Positions 26,477-36,296 of a DNA stretch of 64,000 bases are shown here, in pieces (within the stretch, counting starts at the first letter, position 1; every line of letters begins with the position of its first letter). The position numbers and the translations under genes are program-made. The stretch comes from an uncultured Candidatus Saccharibacteria bacterium. GTDB taxonomy: Bacteria > Patescibacteriota > JAQUNI01. The stretch is from contig CAZKRD010000001.1 in NCBI GenBank assembly GCA_964555185.1, positions 34,185-98,184 on the forward strand, given 5' to 3'. The notes beneath the pieces are model-generated. The model saw nothing but the letters and a program-made list of their open reading frames with translations, was not told where the DNA came from and ran no database searches.

Positions 26477-27049
26477 ATGAATAAACTTTCTCCCAAACAA
26501 AACTTTTTAATCTTTATCCTTGTAACTTTAGCTTTCTGGACGGTTTTTGGTCTGCTGGCGTATTATTTTCTCGCTTCAGACATTAAGAGATTGAGCAAAG
26601 AAGTCTTTTTAAAAAAAGCAGACTTGCTCCAATTGGATTACAATGCGCGCAACATTGATTATTTCCGGGAGGATTATCAAAAGCTGGAGCAGGACGGACT
26701 GCGTCTGGAACATGCAGTTTTGTCAGAAAGCGAGACGATTGTTTTTATTGAAAGGCTGGAGCAGATTGCCGCAGACCATAATGTGACCCAGGAAATTGAG
26801 CTTTTCGAGACAGAAACCAAAAAGGATAAAAAAAGCGAGAAGAAGGGAGAGGCAGAAGAAATTGATTTAGCCGGTCTCAAGCCTCTTACTTACCGCTTGG
26901 GGCTTGCCGGCAATTTTTTTGATTTAGTAAGATACATTCAAGCCTTGGAGAATTTAGATAATTATACTAATTTGAATTTCATCAACTTAACAATCCAGGA
27001 GGAGAGCGGAGTTTTGGGCGTGATTGAGGCCGAGGTCTATGTTGAATAA
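26477..27049 (+). CDS. pilO: PilO-like pilus assembly protein.
   Basis: N-terminal TM helix, coiled coil and a C-terminal PilO-like domain. Position in the pilMNO order. Confidence 0.55.
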   Translation: MNKLSPKQNFLIFILVTLAFWTVFGLLAYYFLASDIKRLSKEVFLKKADLLQLDYNARNIDYFREDYQKLEQDGLRLEHAVLSESETIVFIERLEQIAADHNVTQEIELFETETKKDKKSEKKGEAEEIDLAGLKPLTYRLGLAGNFFDLVRYIQALENLDNYTNLNFINLTIQEESGVLGVIEAEVYVE

Positions 27050-27075
27050 AAGCCAGCCGTAGAGGTTTTAAATTT

Positions 27076-27357
27076 ATGAAAGTTGAGATAAAAATTAAAC
27101 CCCTGGTTTCTTTATTGCGGAAACATCACCGTTTCCTTGCTTTTTGCGGAGTGATGCTTATTATTTTATTTGTTGGTTTGATTGTGGTCCGTTTTGTTAA
27201 TACTATTTTGACGCCGGAAGATTCAGGCGAGCTTGATGATGGAGTCAAAGAATTGCGCGTGGATATGCGTCTCTATCGCGAAGTGATCGGTCGGATGAAC
27301 AAGGATCAGGATGCTTCTGCTGCTAGTATTGATGGTTTGGAAAATCCTTTTAGGTAA
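27076..27357 (+). CDS. Small single-TM protein ending the pilus operon (PilP-like position).
   Basis: 93 aa with one TM helix. RBS aggtttt present. Confidence 0.4.
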   Translation: MKVEIKIKPLVSLLRKHHRFLAFCGVMLIILFVGLIVVRFVNTILTPEDSGELDDGVKELRVDMRLYREVIGRMNKDQDASAASIDGLENPFR

Positions 27358-27364
27358 ATTAGGT

Positions 27365-27418
27365 AAAATAAAAACACCAAAAAGCTTTATTTGTCATTTT
27401 TTGGTGTTTTTTATTTGT
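27365..27418. terminator. Bidirectional terminator between the convergent pilus operon and the anti-sigma gene.
   Basis: aaaaacaccaaaaa-gctttatttgtc-atttttggtgtttttt is a stem flanked by A- and T-runs. Confidence 0.6.
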
Positions 27419-27982
27419 CTAAAAAAGAATACTTTCTATCGTGATTATTTTGGAGCCGTCAATTAATATATATTCTACTAGTTGAAAGCCGTTATCCTCT
27501 TGAAATATTTTATAGTTGCCTTGTTTTTTAAGCTCCGCCACTTCTAAGAGGTTAGAGTTAAAGTCGAGTAGGTCATTGTTTGCCTGGTTTGCTTGCGGGA
27601 CAGAGTTAGGCTGACCATTTAATACCCTGCTCCATGCTTGTTTGAGATTATTGTTAGTGGCCAAGGCGATCAGCAAAAGAAAAGAGGCAGCCAGGGGTAT
27701 GGTTTTCAAGGCCCAGGGCTTGGGGATCGGATTTTGCCTGATTTTTGAGACATTTTCTTTTAGAAGGTTCGCTTCTTTGTTTAGGTTAATGTGGTTGCTA
27801 ACAAGGGCCTTAAAAAGTTTTTGGCCGAAATTTTTTGGCGCTTTGGGCGTGACTGTAATCAGGCGAGCGCAAAAACCCAAAAGAGAGTTTTTGTAAATCA
27901 AAGCCCTGCCCTTTTTCGAGAGCATCTTTTCAATCTGGGAGAGGAGGTCTTTGTTATCCAAATTGCGTTTTTGCATGGTCAT
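27419..27982 (-). CDS. Putative anti-sigma factor (single TM), cognate to the upstream ECF sigma.
   Basis: Cytoplasmic N-terminus, a TM helix (TIPLAASFLLLIALA) and an extracytoplasmic C-terminal domain. It sits immediately downstream of the ECF sigma on the same strand. Confidence 0.5.
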   Translation of the reverse strand: MTMQKRNLDNKDLLSQIEKMLSKKGRALIYKNSLLGFCARLITVTPKAPKNFGQKLFKALVSNHINLNKEANLLKENVSKIRQNPIPKPWALKTIPLAASFLLLIALATNNNLKQAWSRVLNGQPNSVPQANQANNDLLDFNSNLLEVAELKKQGNYKIFQEDNGFQLVEYILIDGSKIITIESILF

Positions 27983-28017
27983 TGTTTTCTATTATTTAAA
28001 ACGAAAGACGGGCAAGA

Positions 28018-28584
28018 TTACTGCAGTTTTCTGTATTTTTTGTGCAGAGCGCGGAGCGCGCGGCAGAGATTAGAAGCCACGGTTTTTTCCGAAGACCCTA
28101 GGGTCTCCGCGATCTCCTTGTTTTTTCTCTCGGCAAAGAAGCGCAGGGTGATTGTTTCCTTTTGGACCCTTGGCAGTTCCTCGACTAGTTTCTGCAGTTT
28201 TTGGAATAATTCCTTGCGCTGTATTTGTTCTTGGGGCAGGATTGCTTGGGATCTGATTTCAGGAATATCCTCTAAATCAATGAACTTCCTTTTCTCACTG
28301 CTTTTATAATAATCGATTATTGTGTTGCGGGCAATCCGAAAGAGCCAGCTGCCAAAGTTTGCCCCTTTCTGCCAGTGGAATCTGGATAAGTTCTTAAGCG
28401 CTTTAAAAAAAACATCGGAAACCAGGTCTTCCGTGTCTATCTTATTTCCCACCCGCCAAACAACAAAGCGGTAGATTTTGGGGAAATAGAAATTATAGAG
28501 CCGAGCAAAGCTTCGAGGATCTTTCTGTGCCTTTTTAACTAACTTTTTTTCTTGGTTTCTGTTGAGCATATTCCTTGTGATCAA
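28018..28584 (-). CDS. ECF-type RNA polymerase sigma factor (sigma-70 regions 2 and 4).
   Basis: Region 2 FARLYNFYFPKIYRFVVWRVGNKIDTEDLVSDVFFKALKNLSRF. Region 4 ETITLRFFAERKNKEIAETLGSSEKTVASNLCRALRAL. Confidence 0.8.
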   Translation of the reverse strand: MITRNMLNRNQEKKLVKKAQKDPRSFARLYNFYFPKIYRFVVWRVGNKIDTEDLVSDVFFKALKNLSRFHWQKGANFGSWLFRIARNTIIDYYKSSEKRKFIDLEDIPEIRSQAILPQEQIQRKELFQKLQKLVEELPRVQKETITLRFFAERKNKEIAETLGSSEKTVASNLCRALRALHKKYRKLQ

Positions 28585-29079
28585 TCTATTCTAGCACAAG
28601 TTTTGCAGAAAATAAAAAACCGCGCAAGAGAAGCTATTTTGCTTTTAGCTTTAGCGCGGTAAAATGAGCATTTCTATTATTAGTAATAGATTTTTTGTGA
28701 GAGTATCATTGACATTCTAGAAAGCGCTCCTTGGCCTGCATTTTCGTCCCATCCCTTCAGAGTTTCAATCTTTTCAAGGGTTGGTATAAGATCAAATGGG
28801 CTAGATTTATGTGGTTTACGCAACAGACTTAGTAGTCTTTTGAATCCCCTAATAAACATCTCTATCACCCCTCATGTCTTGAGTGTTACAAAATACTTCA
28901 ACTCATTAGTAATATCGGTATAAAGCGCAATAAGTACTATCTTTTTTACTTTGTAAGATATAAACGAAATACATGATAAAATTACAACACTTGCTCTTTT
29001 TCGTTTCTAGTTAGGTTATGAATTCTTTATTTAGAGTGCTTGCACTCCGAAGCTCCGAACGAAGTGAGGAGCGAAGGGG

Positions 29080-29152
29080 TGGACCCAGCGAGATTCGAAC
29101 TCGCGACCTCGCGCATGCCATGCGTGCGCTCTACCAACTGAGCTATGGGCCC
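29080..29152 (-). tRNA. tRNA-Ala(GGC), G3:U70 present, no encoded CCA.
   Basis: Reverse complement is GGGCCCATAGCTCAGTTGGTAGAGCGCACGCATGGCATGCGCGAGGTCGCGAGTTCGAATCTCGCTGGGTCCA. Anticodon loop ATGGCAT (GGC). Acceptor carries the G3-T70 wobble identity pair. Confidence 0.75.
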
Positions 29153-29264
29153 AAAATAATTAAAAGTTTAAAGTGCCTGCCTTGCCGGTAGGCAGGCAAA
29201 GTTCAAAATTTTTAACTTTAAATTCAACCTTTAACTTTGAATTTTGCACTTTAAACTAAATTAG

Positions 29265-29336
29265 TGGGTCTGGTAGGATTCGAACCTACGACTGACTCGT
29301 TATGAGCGAGCTGCTCTACCACTGAGCTACAGACCC
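29265..29336 (-). tRNA. tRNA-Met(CAT), elongator or Ile-lysidine type, no encoded CCA.
   Basis: Reverse complement is GGGTCTGTAGCTCAGTGGTAGAGCAGCTCGCTCATAACGAGTCAGTCGTAGGTTCGAATCCTACCAGACCCA. Anticodon loop CTCATAA. It lacks the initiator three-G:C anticodon stem. Confidence 0.75.
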
Positions 29337-29339
29337 GGG

Positions 29340-29640
29340 TTTTCAATTTTTAATGGTTCGACTATACTCACCACCTTGAGCTTGCCGAAGGGTTTACTAA
29401 TCAATTTTCAATTTTCAAGTACCAATTTTCAATCAATTTTCAATAACCAATGACTAAATGTTCAAACTGTTTGAAAATTAAATCTATTTGAAAATTGGGA
29501 TTTGATTGAACATTGGTCCTTGTAAATTGGTAATTCAAACAATATTTTCAAGTACCAATGGTTCGACTATGCTTACCACCCTGCTTACCATCCTGAGCTT
29601 GCCGAAGGGTTTTTAAACAATTTCCAATGTTTTAATGTTT
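29340..29640. repeat. Family A repeat, largest copy: a full A unit (29395-29530) flanked by two ggttcgactat...gagcttgccgaagggttt sub-units (29353-29395 and 29562-29615).
   Basis: Direct sequence identity with 24705-24853 and 44407-44555, and with 42171-42367 in reverse. Confidence 0.75.
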
Positions 29641-29645
29641 AATTT

Positions 29646-30581
29646 TCACTTCAGTTTAAATCTTCTGAATCTTAGTTGTTTATAGGTCAGAGTCCAGGCT
29701 GTGGATTCAAAGGCCGAGATTAGGCCTGCTGTTACAGCCGCGATTGCAAGTGAAGCAGTAATGATCAAAACCAGCATCACCGGTATGGTCAGGTAGTGGA
29801 GAATCAGCCAGAGAATAATGGCAACAAGCGCGAGCGGGATCAGGAGAATCAGGAAGACCAGGATATAGCCGCAGGAAAGGATTAGGCTTGAGATCGCGAG
29901 CAGGATATGGATGATAATCGTGGGGATCAGGTTTTGGGTCAAGAGCTTATAGGATGCGGCAATAGAGGAAGCGAGCCCTTTGTCTTCTAAAACAATTAGG
30001 ATTACTCCGTACCTTAAAACAAAAAGAGCGACCATAATCAGAATAAATGCAATCAGGCCGCCAACAAAAGCCAAGATAATTGAGGTCAAGATTTTTGCTT
30101 TGAAGACAAGCAGGCCGACAGAAGGACCCAGGAAGACAGCGATAATTACTATTATTGCTAAACCAAAGAGGAAATCAATACTTAAAGTCCGCCAGAAAAA
30201 TTTAGAGCCAACTTTAAGACTTTCGCGGACATTGAGTTTCTGCTTCTTTTTGGTTACTACCTGGTTGACCGCGCAGATTAAGCCTGCTTGAGAAAGACAA
30301 CCCAGGATTACAAAAACAAGGATGATCAGAGTTAAAGCGAAAGCTCCGATAGCTATCCGGAGCGGATGTCCTGCAAAGAAATCAAGAACGCTAGACAGAA
30401 ACCCCTTGAGGTCTAGATTGACCAGGGAGGAATCTTGAATATTAATTCTGAAGCGGGGCGAGAGGTTATTCAAGAGCATTATTCCGGCGCTAAAAAAACC
30501 TAAAACCCAGAGATATTTGTGATACCAGACTATTTTAAGGGATTTTAAGACAGTGTTAAGATAATCTATTTTTGTTTGCAT
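29646..30581 (-). CDS. Hypothetical polytopic membrane protein.
   Basis: 311 aa with 8 or more TM helices. No family recognised. Confidence 0.5.
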   Translation of the reverse strand: MQTKIDYLNTVLKSLKIVWYHKYLWVLGFFSAGIMLLNNLSPRFRINIQDSSLVNLDLKGFLSSVLDFFAGHPLRIAIGAFALTLIILVFVILGCLSQAGLICAVNQVVTKKKQKLNVRESLKVGSKFFWRTLSIDFLFGLAIIVIIAVFLGPSVGLLVFKAKILTSIILAFVGGLIAFILIMVALFVLRYGVILIVLEDKGLASSIAASYKLLTQNLIPTIIIHILLAISSLILSCGYILVFLILLIPLALVAIILWLILHYLTIPVMLVLIITASLAIAAVTAGLISAFESTAWTLTYKQLRFRRFKLK

Positions 30582-32478
30582 GAGCAGATAGGGGTTCGAC
30601 TTTGTTTTTTATTTTTTTGGCTGGCTTTTTATCCTTTTTTGTTCTCAAGCGGGCCGGCCCCATTAGCTTTTCAAAGGCTTCCCGTTCAATCGTTTCCTCG
30701 CTGATCAGTTTTTGGGCAATCAGTTCTAATTTGCCGCCTTTTTTCTCAATCACTTCTTTCGCTTTTTTTAGGGCTTCGGCAATAAAACGTTTCACTTCTT
30801 CGTCAATTTCGCTCGCCACTTTTTCGCCATAATTGCGGTGTTCAGAAATAGTCCGGCCTAAAAAAACCAATTCATCTTTTTCACCAAAGGTCATTGGGCC
30901 TAAAGCTTCACTCATCCCGTATTCAGTGACCAGTTTGCGGGCGAGCTGGGTCGCTTCTTGAAGGTCATTGGTCGCGCCGGTTGTTAATTCGTTAAATATC
31001 TTTTTTTCGGCAGCATGGCCGGCTAAAAGCACGGCCAGTTCATCCAAAAATTCTGATTTAGTATGCAGTTTTTTGTCTTCTAAAGGCAACTTCAGGGTAT
31101 AGCCAGCGACGCGGCCGCGGGCGACAATAGAGATTTTGTGTACAGGGTCAGCATGAGGCAGGGTATGGGCAACCAGGGCGTGGCCTGCTTCGTGATAGGC
31201 CGTGATTTTTTTCTCTTTTTTTGATAGCAGATGACTTTTGCGCTCTGGTCCTAAAAGCACCTTTTCAATCGCGGATAAGAAGTCTTTTTGGCCCACTCTT
31301 TTTTTGTTTTTGCGGGCAGCCGCGATTGCCGCTTCATTAACCAGATTAGCGAGATCAGCGCCAGAGAAGCCAGGCGTCCTTTCCGCCATTTCGCGCAGGT
31401 TCACATCAGACAAAAGTGGTTTTCCCTTGATATGAACTTTTAAGATAGCCTGGCGGTCATCAATATCAGGGAGATCCAAAATCACGCGGCGGTCAAAGCG
31501 TCCAGGACGCAGTAGGGCCGGATCTAGGACATCAGGCCGGTTAGTCGCGGCAATGATGATTACGTTGGCGTTCTGTTCAAATCCGTCCATTTCAACCAGG
31601 ATTTGATTCAGGGTTTGTTCGCGCTCATCATGGGACCCGCCCAAGCCTGCGCCGCGCTGTCTTCCGACTGCGTCAATTTCGTCTAAGAAAACGATCGCCG
31701 GCGCGGCCTTTTTCGCTTTTTGGAAAAGTGATCTAACCCGACTAGCTCCGACTCCGACAAACATCTCCACAAACTCGGAGCCGGACATATGAAAAAAGGG
31801 CACATTGGCTTCGCCAGCCACGGCGCGGGCCAAGAGCGTCTTGCCTGTGCCGGGAGGGCCGATCAGCATCGCGCCTTTGGGAATTTTGGCTCCAATTGCT
31901 AAGTATTTGCGCGGGTGGCGCAGGAAGTCCACCACTTCTCGCAGTTCTTCTTTTGCTTCTTTACAGCCAGCAACGTCTAGGAAGGTAGTCCTTTTTTGCT
32001 TGGGGTCTTCGGGTTTAGCTTCGCGGGCGCGATCCTGGCCAAAAGACATTGCGGTCCGGTTGCCGCGCTGGACGCCGCGGAACATAAACCAGATAAAACC
32101 GCCGATCAGGAGAATAGGCAGTAAAAAAGGCAGGATCGTATTGAGCCAGAGTTTGCTTCCAGATAAGTCCTTAACCTTAATATCAACCCTGTCTGTTTTT
32201 TCTTGGGAAACGCCAAGCGAGGCTAAGGAATCAAAAAAGGAGACTCCAATTTCCTTTTGGGCTTCTTGTAAAGAACCGTCATTAAGTTCAATTTTGAGCC
32301 TGTCTTCCTCGATTTCAATCGCTTTGACTCTTTCCTTTTTAATTTCCTGGGCTAGCGTGGTCAGAGAGACGGTTTCTTTCTTTTCTAATTCCGGATTATT
32401 GTAAAGGGAAAAGATGCCGGCAATCGCCAAAAAGACGATAAAGGCAAGGATCAGATTTTTAACTATTTTTTTCATCAT
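30556..32478 (-). CDS. ftsH: ATP-dependent zinc metalloprotease FtsH.
   Basis: AAA module [23 protein letters not shown] with [13 protein letters not shown] zinc motif. N-terminal TM helices. Confidence 0.95.
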   Translation of the reverse strand: MMKKIVKNLILAFIVFLAIAGIFSLYNNPELEKKETVSLTTLAQEIKKERVKAIEIEEDRLKIELNDGSLQEAQKEIGVSFFDSLASLGVSQEKTDRVDIKVKDLSGSKLWLNTILPFLLPILLIGGFIWFMFRGVQRGNRTAMSFGQDRAREAKPEDPKQKRTTFLDVAGCKEAKEELREVVDFLRHPRKYLAIGAKIPKGAMLIGPPGTGKTLLARAVAGEANVPFFHMSGSEFVEMFVGVGASRVRSLFQKAKKAAPAIVFLDEIDAVGRQRGAGLGGSHDEREQTLNQILVEMDGFEQNANVIIIAATNRPDVLDPALLRPGRFDRRVILDLPDIDDRQAILKVHIKGKPLLSDVNLREMAERTPGFSGADLANLVNEAAIAAARKNKKRVGQKDFLSAIEKVLLGPERKSHLLSKKEKKITAYHEAGHALVAHTLPHADPVHKISIVARGRVAGYTLKLPLEDKKLHTKSEFLDELAVLLAGHAAEKKIFNELTTGATNDLQEATQLARKLVTEYGMSEALGPMTFGEKDELVFLGRTISEHRNYGEKVASEIDEEVKRFIAEALKKAKEVIEKKGGKLELIAQKLISEETIEREAFEKLMGPARLRTKKDKKPAKKIKNKVEPLSAHANKNRLS

Positions 32479-33422
32479 TGTTTCTTGTTTAAAAACAAGC
32501 GAATTCTACCATCTTTTTTGAGAATTTGCAATCCGCGCGGCAGATTCTTTTTTTTGTTGCCGAAGCTAGTTGCGAGCATATTTACCGTTTCTTCAATATG
32601 GACAGCGTAGATGTCTTGGAGGCTGCCCGAGAGGTTAAAAATCGCTTGGCGCAGGGTTTCCCTTTTTAGCGCGCGGGGCAGGGCTTGCCATGATTTTAAA
32701 GGGAGGTTTGCAGGATTTTTGGCAATGAATTCCCGGGCTCTAGCAGTAAGGTATTGATTTGTTTCTTGGGCAAGCAGAGCCAGATTTAGGATGCTCTTTT
32801 TGAAATTGGGATTATATTCTCGGGTTAAAAGAGGGATCAGTTCATGGCGGATCCGGTTGCGGGTAAAGGCAGGATCTAAATTTGTTTTATCCAGGCAGAA
32901 AGGGAGCTTGTTTTTTTTAAGGTAGGCAAGGATTTTTTGATGTGAGCAGGCAAGAAGCGGCCTGATAATTCTGTTGTTTTGGTAACGGATCCCAGAGAGG
33001 CCAGCAAGCCCCGCTCCCCGCAAAAGGTGTAAAAGAATGGTTTCGATCTGATCATCTTGACTGTGGCCAGTGGCGATTTTTTGTGCCCCTTTTTGTTTCC
33101 TGACTGTTTCTAGAAATTGATAGCGCGCTTTTCGCGCCTCTTCTTCGCTTTTGGGTTTATGGTCAAGTTTTTCATCAACGAGAGACAGGTTGAGCCTGCG
33201 GGCGAACTTTTGAACAAAGCAGTTGTCTTGATCGCTCTCTTTTCCGCGCAAGCCATGGTTTAGGTGGGCCAAGATAATCTCAAACTCCAATTCTTTTTGG
33301 AGAGATTTTAAAAGATGAGCAAGACAAACAGAATCCGGCCCGCCAGAGAGAGCAATGATCACGGTGTTCCCGGGTTTTAGGAGTTTATTTTCTTGGAGAG
33401 TGTCTTTGACTTTACTAAGCAT
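32475..33422 (-). CDS. tilS: tRNA(Ile)-lysidine synthetase.
   Basis: PP-loop SGGPDSVCLAHLL. Overlaps the ftsH start by ATGA. An alternative upstream start at 33476 would absorb the hairpin spacer. Confidence 0.8.
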   Translation of the reverse strand: MLSKVKDTLQENKLLKPGNTVIIALSGGPDSVCLAHLLKSLQKELEFEIILAHLNHGLRGKESDQDNCFVQKFARRLNLSLVDEKLDHKPKSEEEARKARYQFLETVRKQKGAQKIATGHSQDDQIETILLHLLRGAGLAGLSGIRYQNNRIIRPLLACSHQKILAYLKKNKLPFCLDKTNLDPAFTRNRIRHELIPLLTREYNPNFKKSILNLALLAQETNQYLTARAREFIAKNPANLPLKSWQALPRALKRETLRQAIFNLSGSLQDIYAVHIEETVNMLATSFGNKKKNLPRGLQILKKDGRIRLFLNKKQ

Positions 33423-33556
33423 ATTTAAAAAATCCAAATGCCAAAATCCAAATGCCAAATCAATAACCAATGTCAAATTTCAAATGACAAATTAATTTGA
33501 CATTAAGTTATTTGTAATTGATTTGACATTTGATATTTGAAATTTGGAATTAATAA
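33423..33556. repeat. Family B dyad spacer of the ccaaatg/gtcaaat type between rpsA and tilS.
   Basis: ccaaatgccaaaatccaaatgccaaatc ... gatttgacatttgatatttgaaatttgg form imperfectly complementary arms around a palindromic core. Confidence 0.55.
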
Positions 33557-34801
33557 TCAAGACTTTCTGGTTGGTTTCTTGGGTTTAGCTTTAGGCTTGG
33601 CTTTAGATTTAGGCTTGGCTTTAGCTTGAGCTTTAGGTTTAGCTTTAGATTGAGGCTTGGCTTCTTCTTCTTCAAGCGCCTTAATCGACAGACCGAGCCG
33701 GTGTTCCTCTGGTTCAATCGAGAGGATTTTGAATTTTCTCTTTTGCCCCACATTGAGCAGGTCTTCAAGTTTTTTCTTATCTCCTGAAGTGATTTCAGAG
33801 ATATGGGCCAGGCCGTGAATATCGCGATCCAATTGGACAAAGGCGCCAAAGGGCGAGAGTTTAGTAATTTCACCTTCTACTATTTTTCCTATTTTATACT
33901 TCCGCGCTTTTTTCTCCCAAGGGTCTTTTTTTAAGGCTTTTAAGGAGAGAGAGATCCGCGAGGAGTCAATGCTGATAATTTTTGCTTTAACCTTGTCTCC
34001 CATTTTGATTACGTCTTCTGGATTTTCAATCCTTTTCCAGGCCAATTCTGAAATATGGATCAGGCCCTCTAGGCCGTCAAAACGGATAAAAGCGCCAAAA
34101 TCAACAACGCCGGTGATCTCTCCGGAAACGATATTGCCCACTTTTAATTTTTCAATAATCTTCTTTTGCTTTTCCGCCGAGGCCTGTTTTTCGGAAATGA
34201 TCAGACGGTCTTCTTCCTGGTTTGAGTCAATGATTTTTACTTTCAATGTCTCGTTGATTAGGTTATTGAGTTTAGCTAAGATTTTGTTTCTATCTGCGCC
34301 TTCGACTCTAGGATAATGTTTGTGGTGCAGTTGGGAGACCGGGAGGAAGGCGGGGATTCCTTTGATTTGAGTTATTAAGCCCCCTTTATTGGCTTGATTG
34401 ACTTTAACCTCAATCGTTTCTTCTTTTTTGATTATTTCATTGATTTCGCGCCAAGCCGCTTCTCGGTGGGCCTTTTTTGAGGAGAGCTCCATCTTGCCTG
34501 CTTCATTTTCTATTTCTAAAACCGTGGCCGTTATTTTGTCGCCTAATTTGATTTTTTTCTCGGGATCCTCGTAAAGTTCAGGGCCGCGAATTACGCCTAC
34601 GCCAATTCCGGCGATGTCTACTTCGATTTCATTTTTGGAAACAGAAATTGCCTTTCCCTCAATCATGTCGTCTATTTGAGGGATTTTAAAAAGAGCGCCC
34701 TTTTTTTTCAGCAGTTTCTCCATGTCCGTTCCTTGTTTGGTTTTGGCCTCCTCTTGTTTCTTGATTAATTTGCTTAAATTTTTGCTTAAATCTTTATTCA
34801 T
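33557..34801 (-). CDS. rpsA: 30S ribosomal protein S1-like (four S1 domains) with a C-terminal AKPK repeat tail.
   Basis: Repeated S1 motifs (GDKVKAKIISID..., GNIVSGEITGVVDFGAFIRF..., GDKITATVLEIEN...). The tail is KAKPKAQAKAKPKSKAKPKAKPKKP. Confidence 0.8.
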   Translation of the reverse strand: MNKDLSKNLSKLIKKQEEAKTKQGTDMEKLLKKKGALFKIPQIDDMIEGKAISVSKNEIEVDIAGIGVGVIRGPELYEDPEKKIKLGDKITATVLEIENEAGKMELSSKKAHREAAWREINEIIKKEETIEVKVNQANKGGLITQIKGIPAFLPVSQLHHKHYPRVEGADRNKILAKLNNLINETLKVKIIDSNQEEDRLIISEKQASAEKQKKIIEKLKVGNIVSGEITGVVDFGAFIRFDGLEGLIHISELAWKRIENPEDVIKMGDKVKAKIISIDSSRISLSLKALKKDPWEKKARKYKIGKIVEGEITKLSPFGAFVQLDRDIHGLAHISEITSGDKKKLEDLLNVGQKRKFKILSIEPEEHRLGLSIKALEEEEAKPQSKAKPKAQAKAKPKSKAKPKAKPKKPTRKS

Positions 34802-34894
34802 ACAAGGGTATTGTAGTCATAAAGCGGCTTGTTGTCAAATGCTTTATTTCGTGTTAAACTTGTGGTAGTTTCTATCTTACTTAATGTCCAACCT

Positions 34895-35533
34895 ATGATT
34901 ATTACCTGGTTTGGTCAATCCTGCTTCAATATTCAAGACAAAAACTTGACTCTGCTGACCGATCCTTTTGGACTGGCTACAGGCTTAAAGCCGACCAAGG
35001 CCAAGGCGGACGTGGTTACAGTAAGTCACGCGCATAACGACCATAACTACTTAAACGGCGTGATGGGTAACCCGTTTGTAATCAATGAACCCGGAGAATA
35101 CGAGGTGAAGGGTGCATATATCCTCGGCATCCCCTGTTTCCATGATCAAAAAGAGGGCCGAGAGCGCGGGACGAACATTATTTACCGTTATTCGATTGAA
35201 GGGATGACCCTGGTTCATTTAGGGGACTTGGGACACCTGCTTTCGGAGGAGATCATTCACCGTTTGGGTAATGTAGATATCCTTTTCGTGCCGGTGGGTG
35301 GTGTTTACACCTTGGCTGTTGACAAGATCCCAGAGTTGATTAGCCAGATTGAGCCCCGATTAGTGATTCCAATGCATTACAAGCTGCCGGGCTTGAAATT
35401 TTCCTTGGAGCCTCTTTCTAGGTTCTGTGGAGAGATGGGGATTTCCTCTGGATCCAAGCTTCCGAAGTTAAAGATCAAGAAGAAGGACTGTTTGAGCGAG
35501 AAAACCGAAATCAAAATTCTAGAAAAACATTAG
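34895..35533 (+). CDS. UPF0173-type metal-dependent hydrolase (metallo-beta-lactamase fold).
   Basis: MIITWFGQSCFNIQDKNLTLLTDPF...VTVSHAHNDH has the HxHxDH motif. Confidence 0.75.
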   Translation: MIITWFGQSCFNIQDKNLTLLTDPFGLATGLKPTKAKADVVTVSHAHNDHNYLNGVMGNPFVINEPGEYEVKGAYILGIPCFHDQKEGRERGTNIIYRYSIEGMTLVHLGDLGHLLSEEIIHRLGNVDILFVPVGGVYTLAVDKIPELISQIEPRLVIPMHYKLPGLKFSLEPLSRFCGEMGISSGSKLPKLKIKKKDCLSEKTEIKILEKH

Positions 35534-35648
35534 AGATTTAGAGATTTTTTTCAGGATTGATTTTTTATCCGCCGAAGCTTTAGCTTCGAGGAATTTCGCT
35601 TCATCAAAAGAACAAAAGATACCATGGACTTAGAGTTCATAGAGTTTC

Positions 35649-36266
35649 ATGTTGCTTAAAGAAAGTGAATCTTTTAGGAAAAAATTAGCCTTTTTTTTAG
35701 TGGCAGTAAGCGGCTTAGGGGTATTTATTTTTTGGCTTTTAACCGTTGATTTTGAAATTAAGGGGGTGGAGCTGCCTCCCAGCCGGTCAGACTTTGGCCA
35801 GGTTTTAGAATCAAAGAAAGCTTTTCAAAAGGCCCAGAGCAGCCTGGAACAGGCAAAAGAGGAGCTAATACCAGAAGAGTCTGGCAGTCAGATTATTGTC
35901 GAACGGGAAGTGGGGCAAACTCAAGAAAAGATGGGCTTGCGGGTCACTTGCTTTAATTTTGTTTTTAAACAAGAGGAAACTTGGGTTTATTTGGGCTTAG
36001 AGAATCGTAATCAGAATCGTGTGCTTTTGCGTGCTTCTTCGGAAGATCAGATCAAAATTATTCAAGACAACCAGGAATTCTTCGAGCTTAATAAAGAGAA
36101 GTTCCTTGATTATCCCCTCCCTGACATCATTGAAGGCCAAGAAGAAATAACGGGCACTCTGCATTTTAAGGGCCTTAATCCGGAAAAGTCTTTAATGCTG
36201 TTTATTTCCGGCGTGAAAATTGAAGGAGAGCAGGAACATTTTAACTTTTTATTTAAAATTGACTGA
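35649..36266 (+). CDS. Hypothetical membrane-anchored protein.
   Basis: N-terminal TM helix (LAFFLVAVSGLGVFIFWLL) and an extracytoplasmic domain. No family recognised. Confidence 0.45.
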   Translation: MLLKESESFRKKLAFFLVAVSGLGVFIFWLLTVDFEIKGVELPPSRSDFGQVLESKKAFQKAQSSLEQAKEELIPEESGSQIIVEREVGQTQEKMGLRVTCFNFVFKQEETWVYLGLENRNQNRVLLRASSEDQIKIIQDNQEFFELNKEKFLDYPLPDIIEGQEEITGTLHFKGLNPEKSLMLFISGVKIEGEQEHFNFLFKID

Positions 36267-36296
36267 TGATCCTGTCAATTCTTATCATCAATCCAA

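Noticed and set aside
28680-28868. 62-aa ORF between the ECF sigma gene and tRNA-Ala
   Set aside because: No RBS and no recognisable features. It sits in a promoter/leader region.
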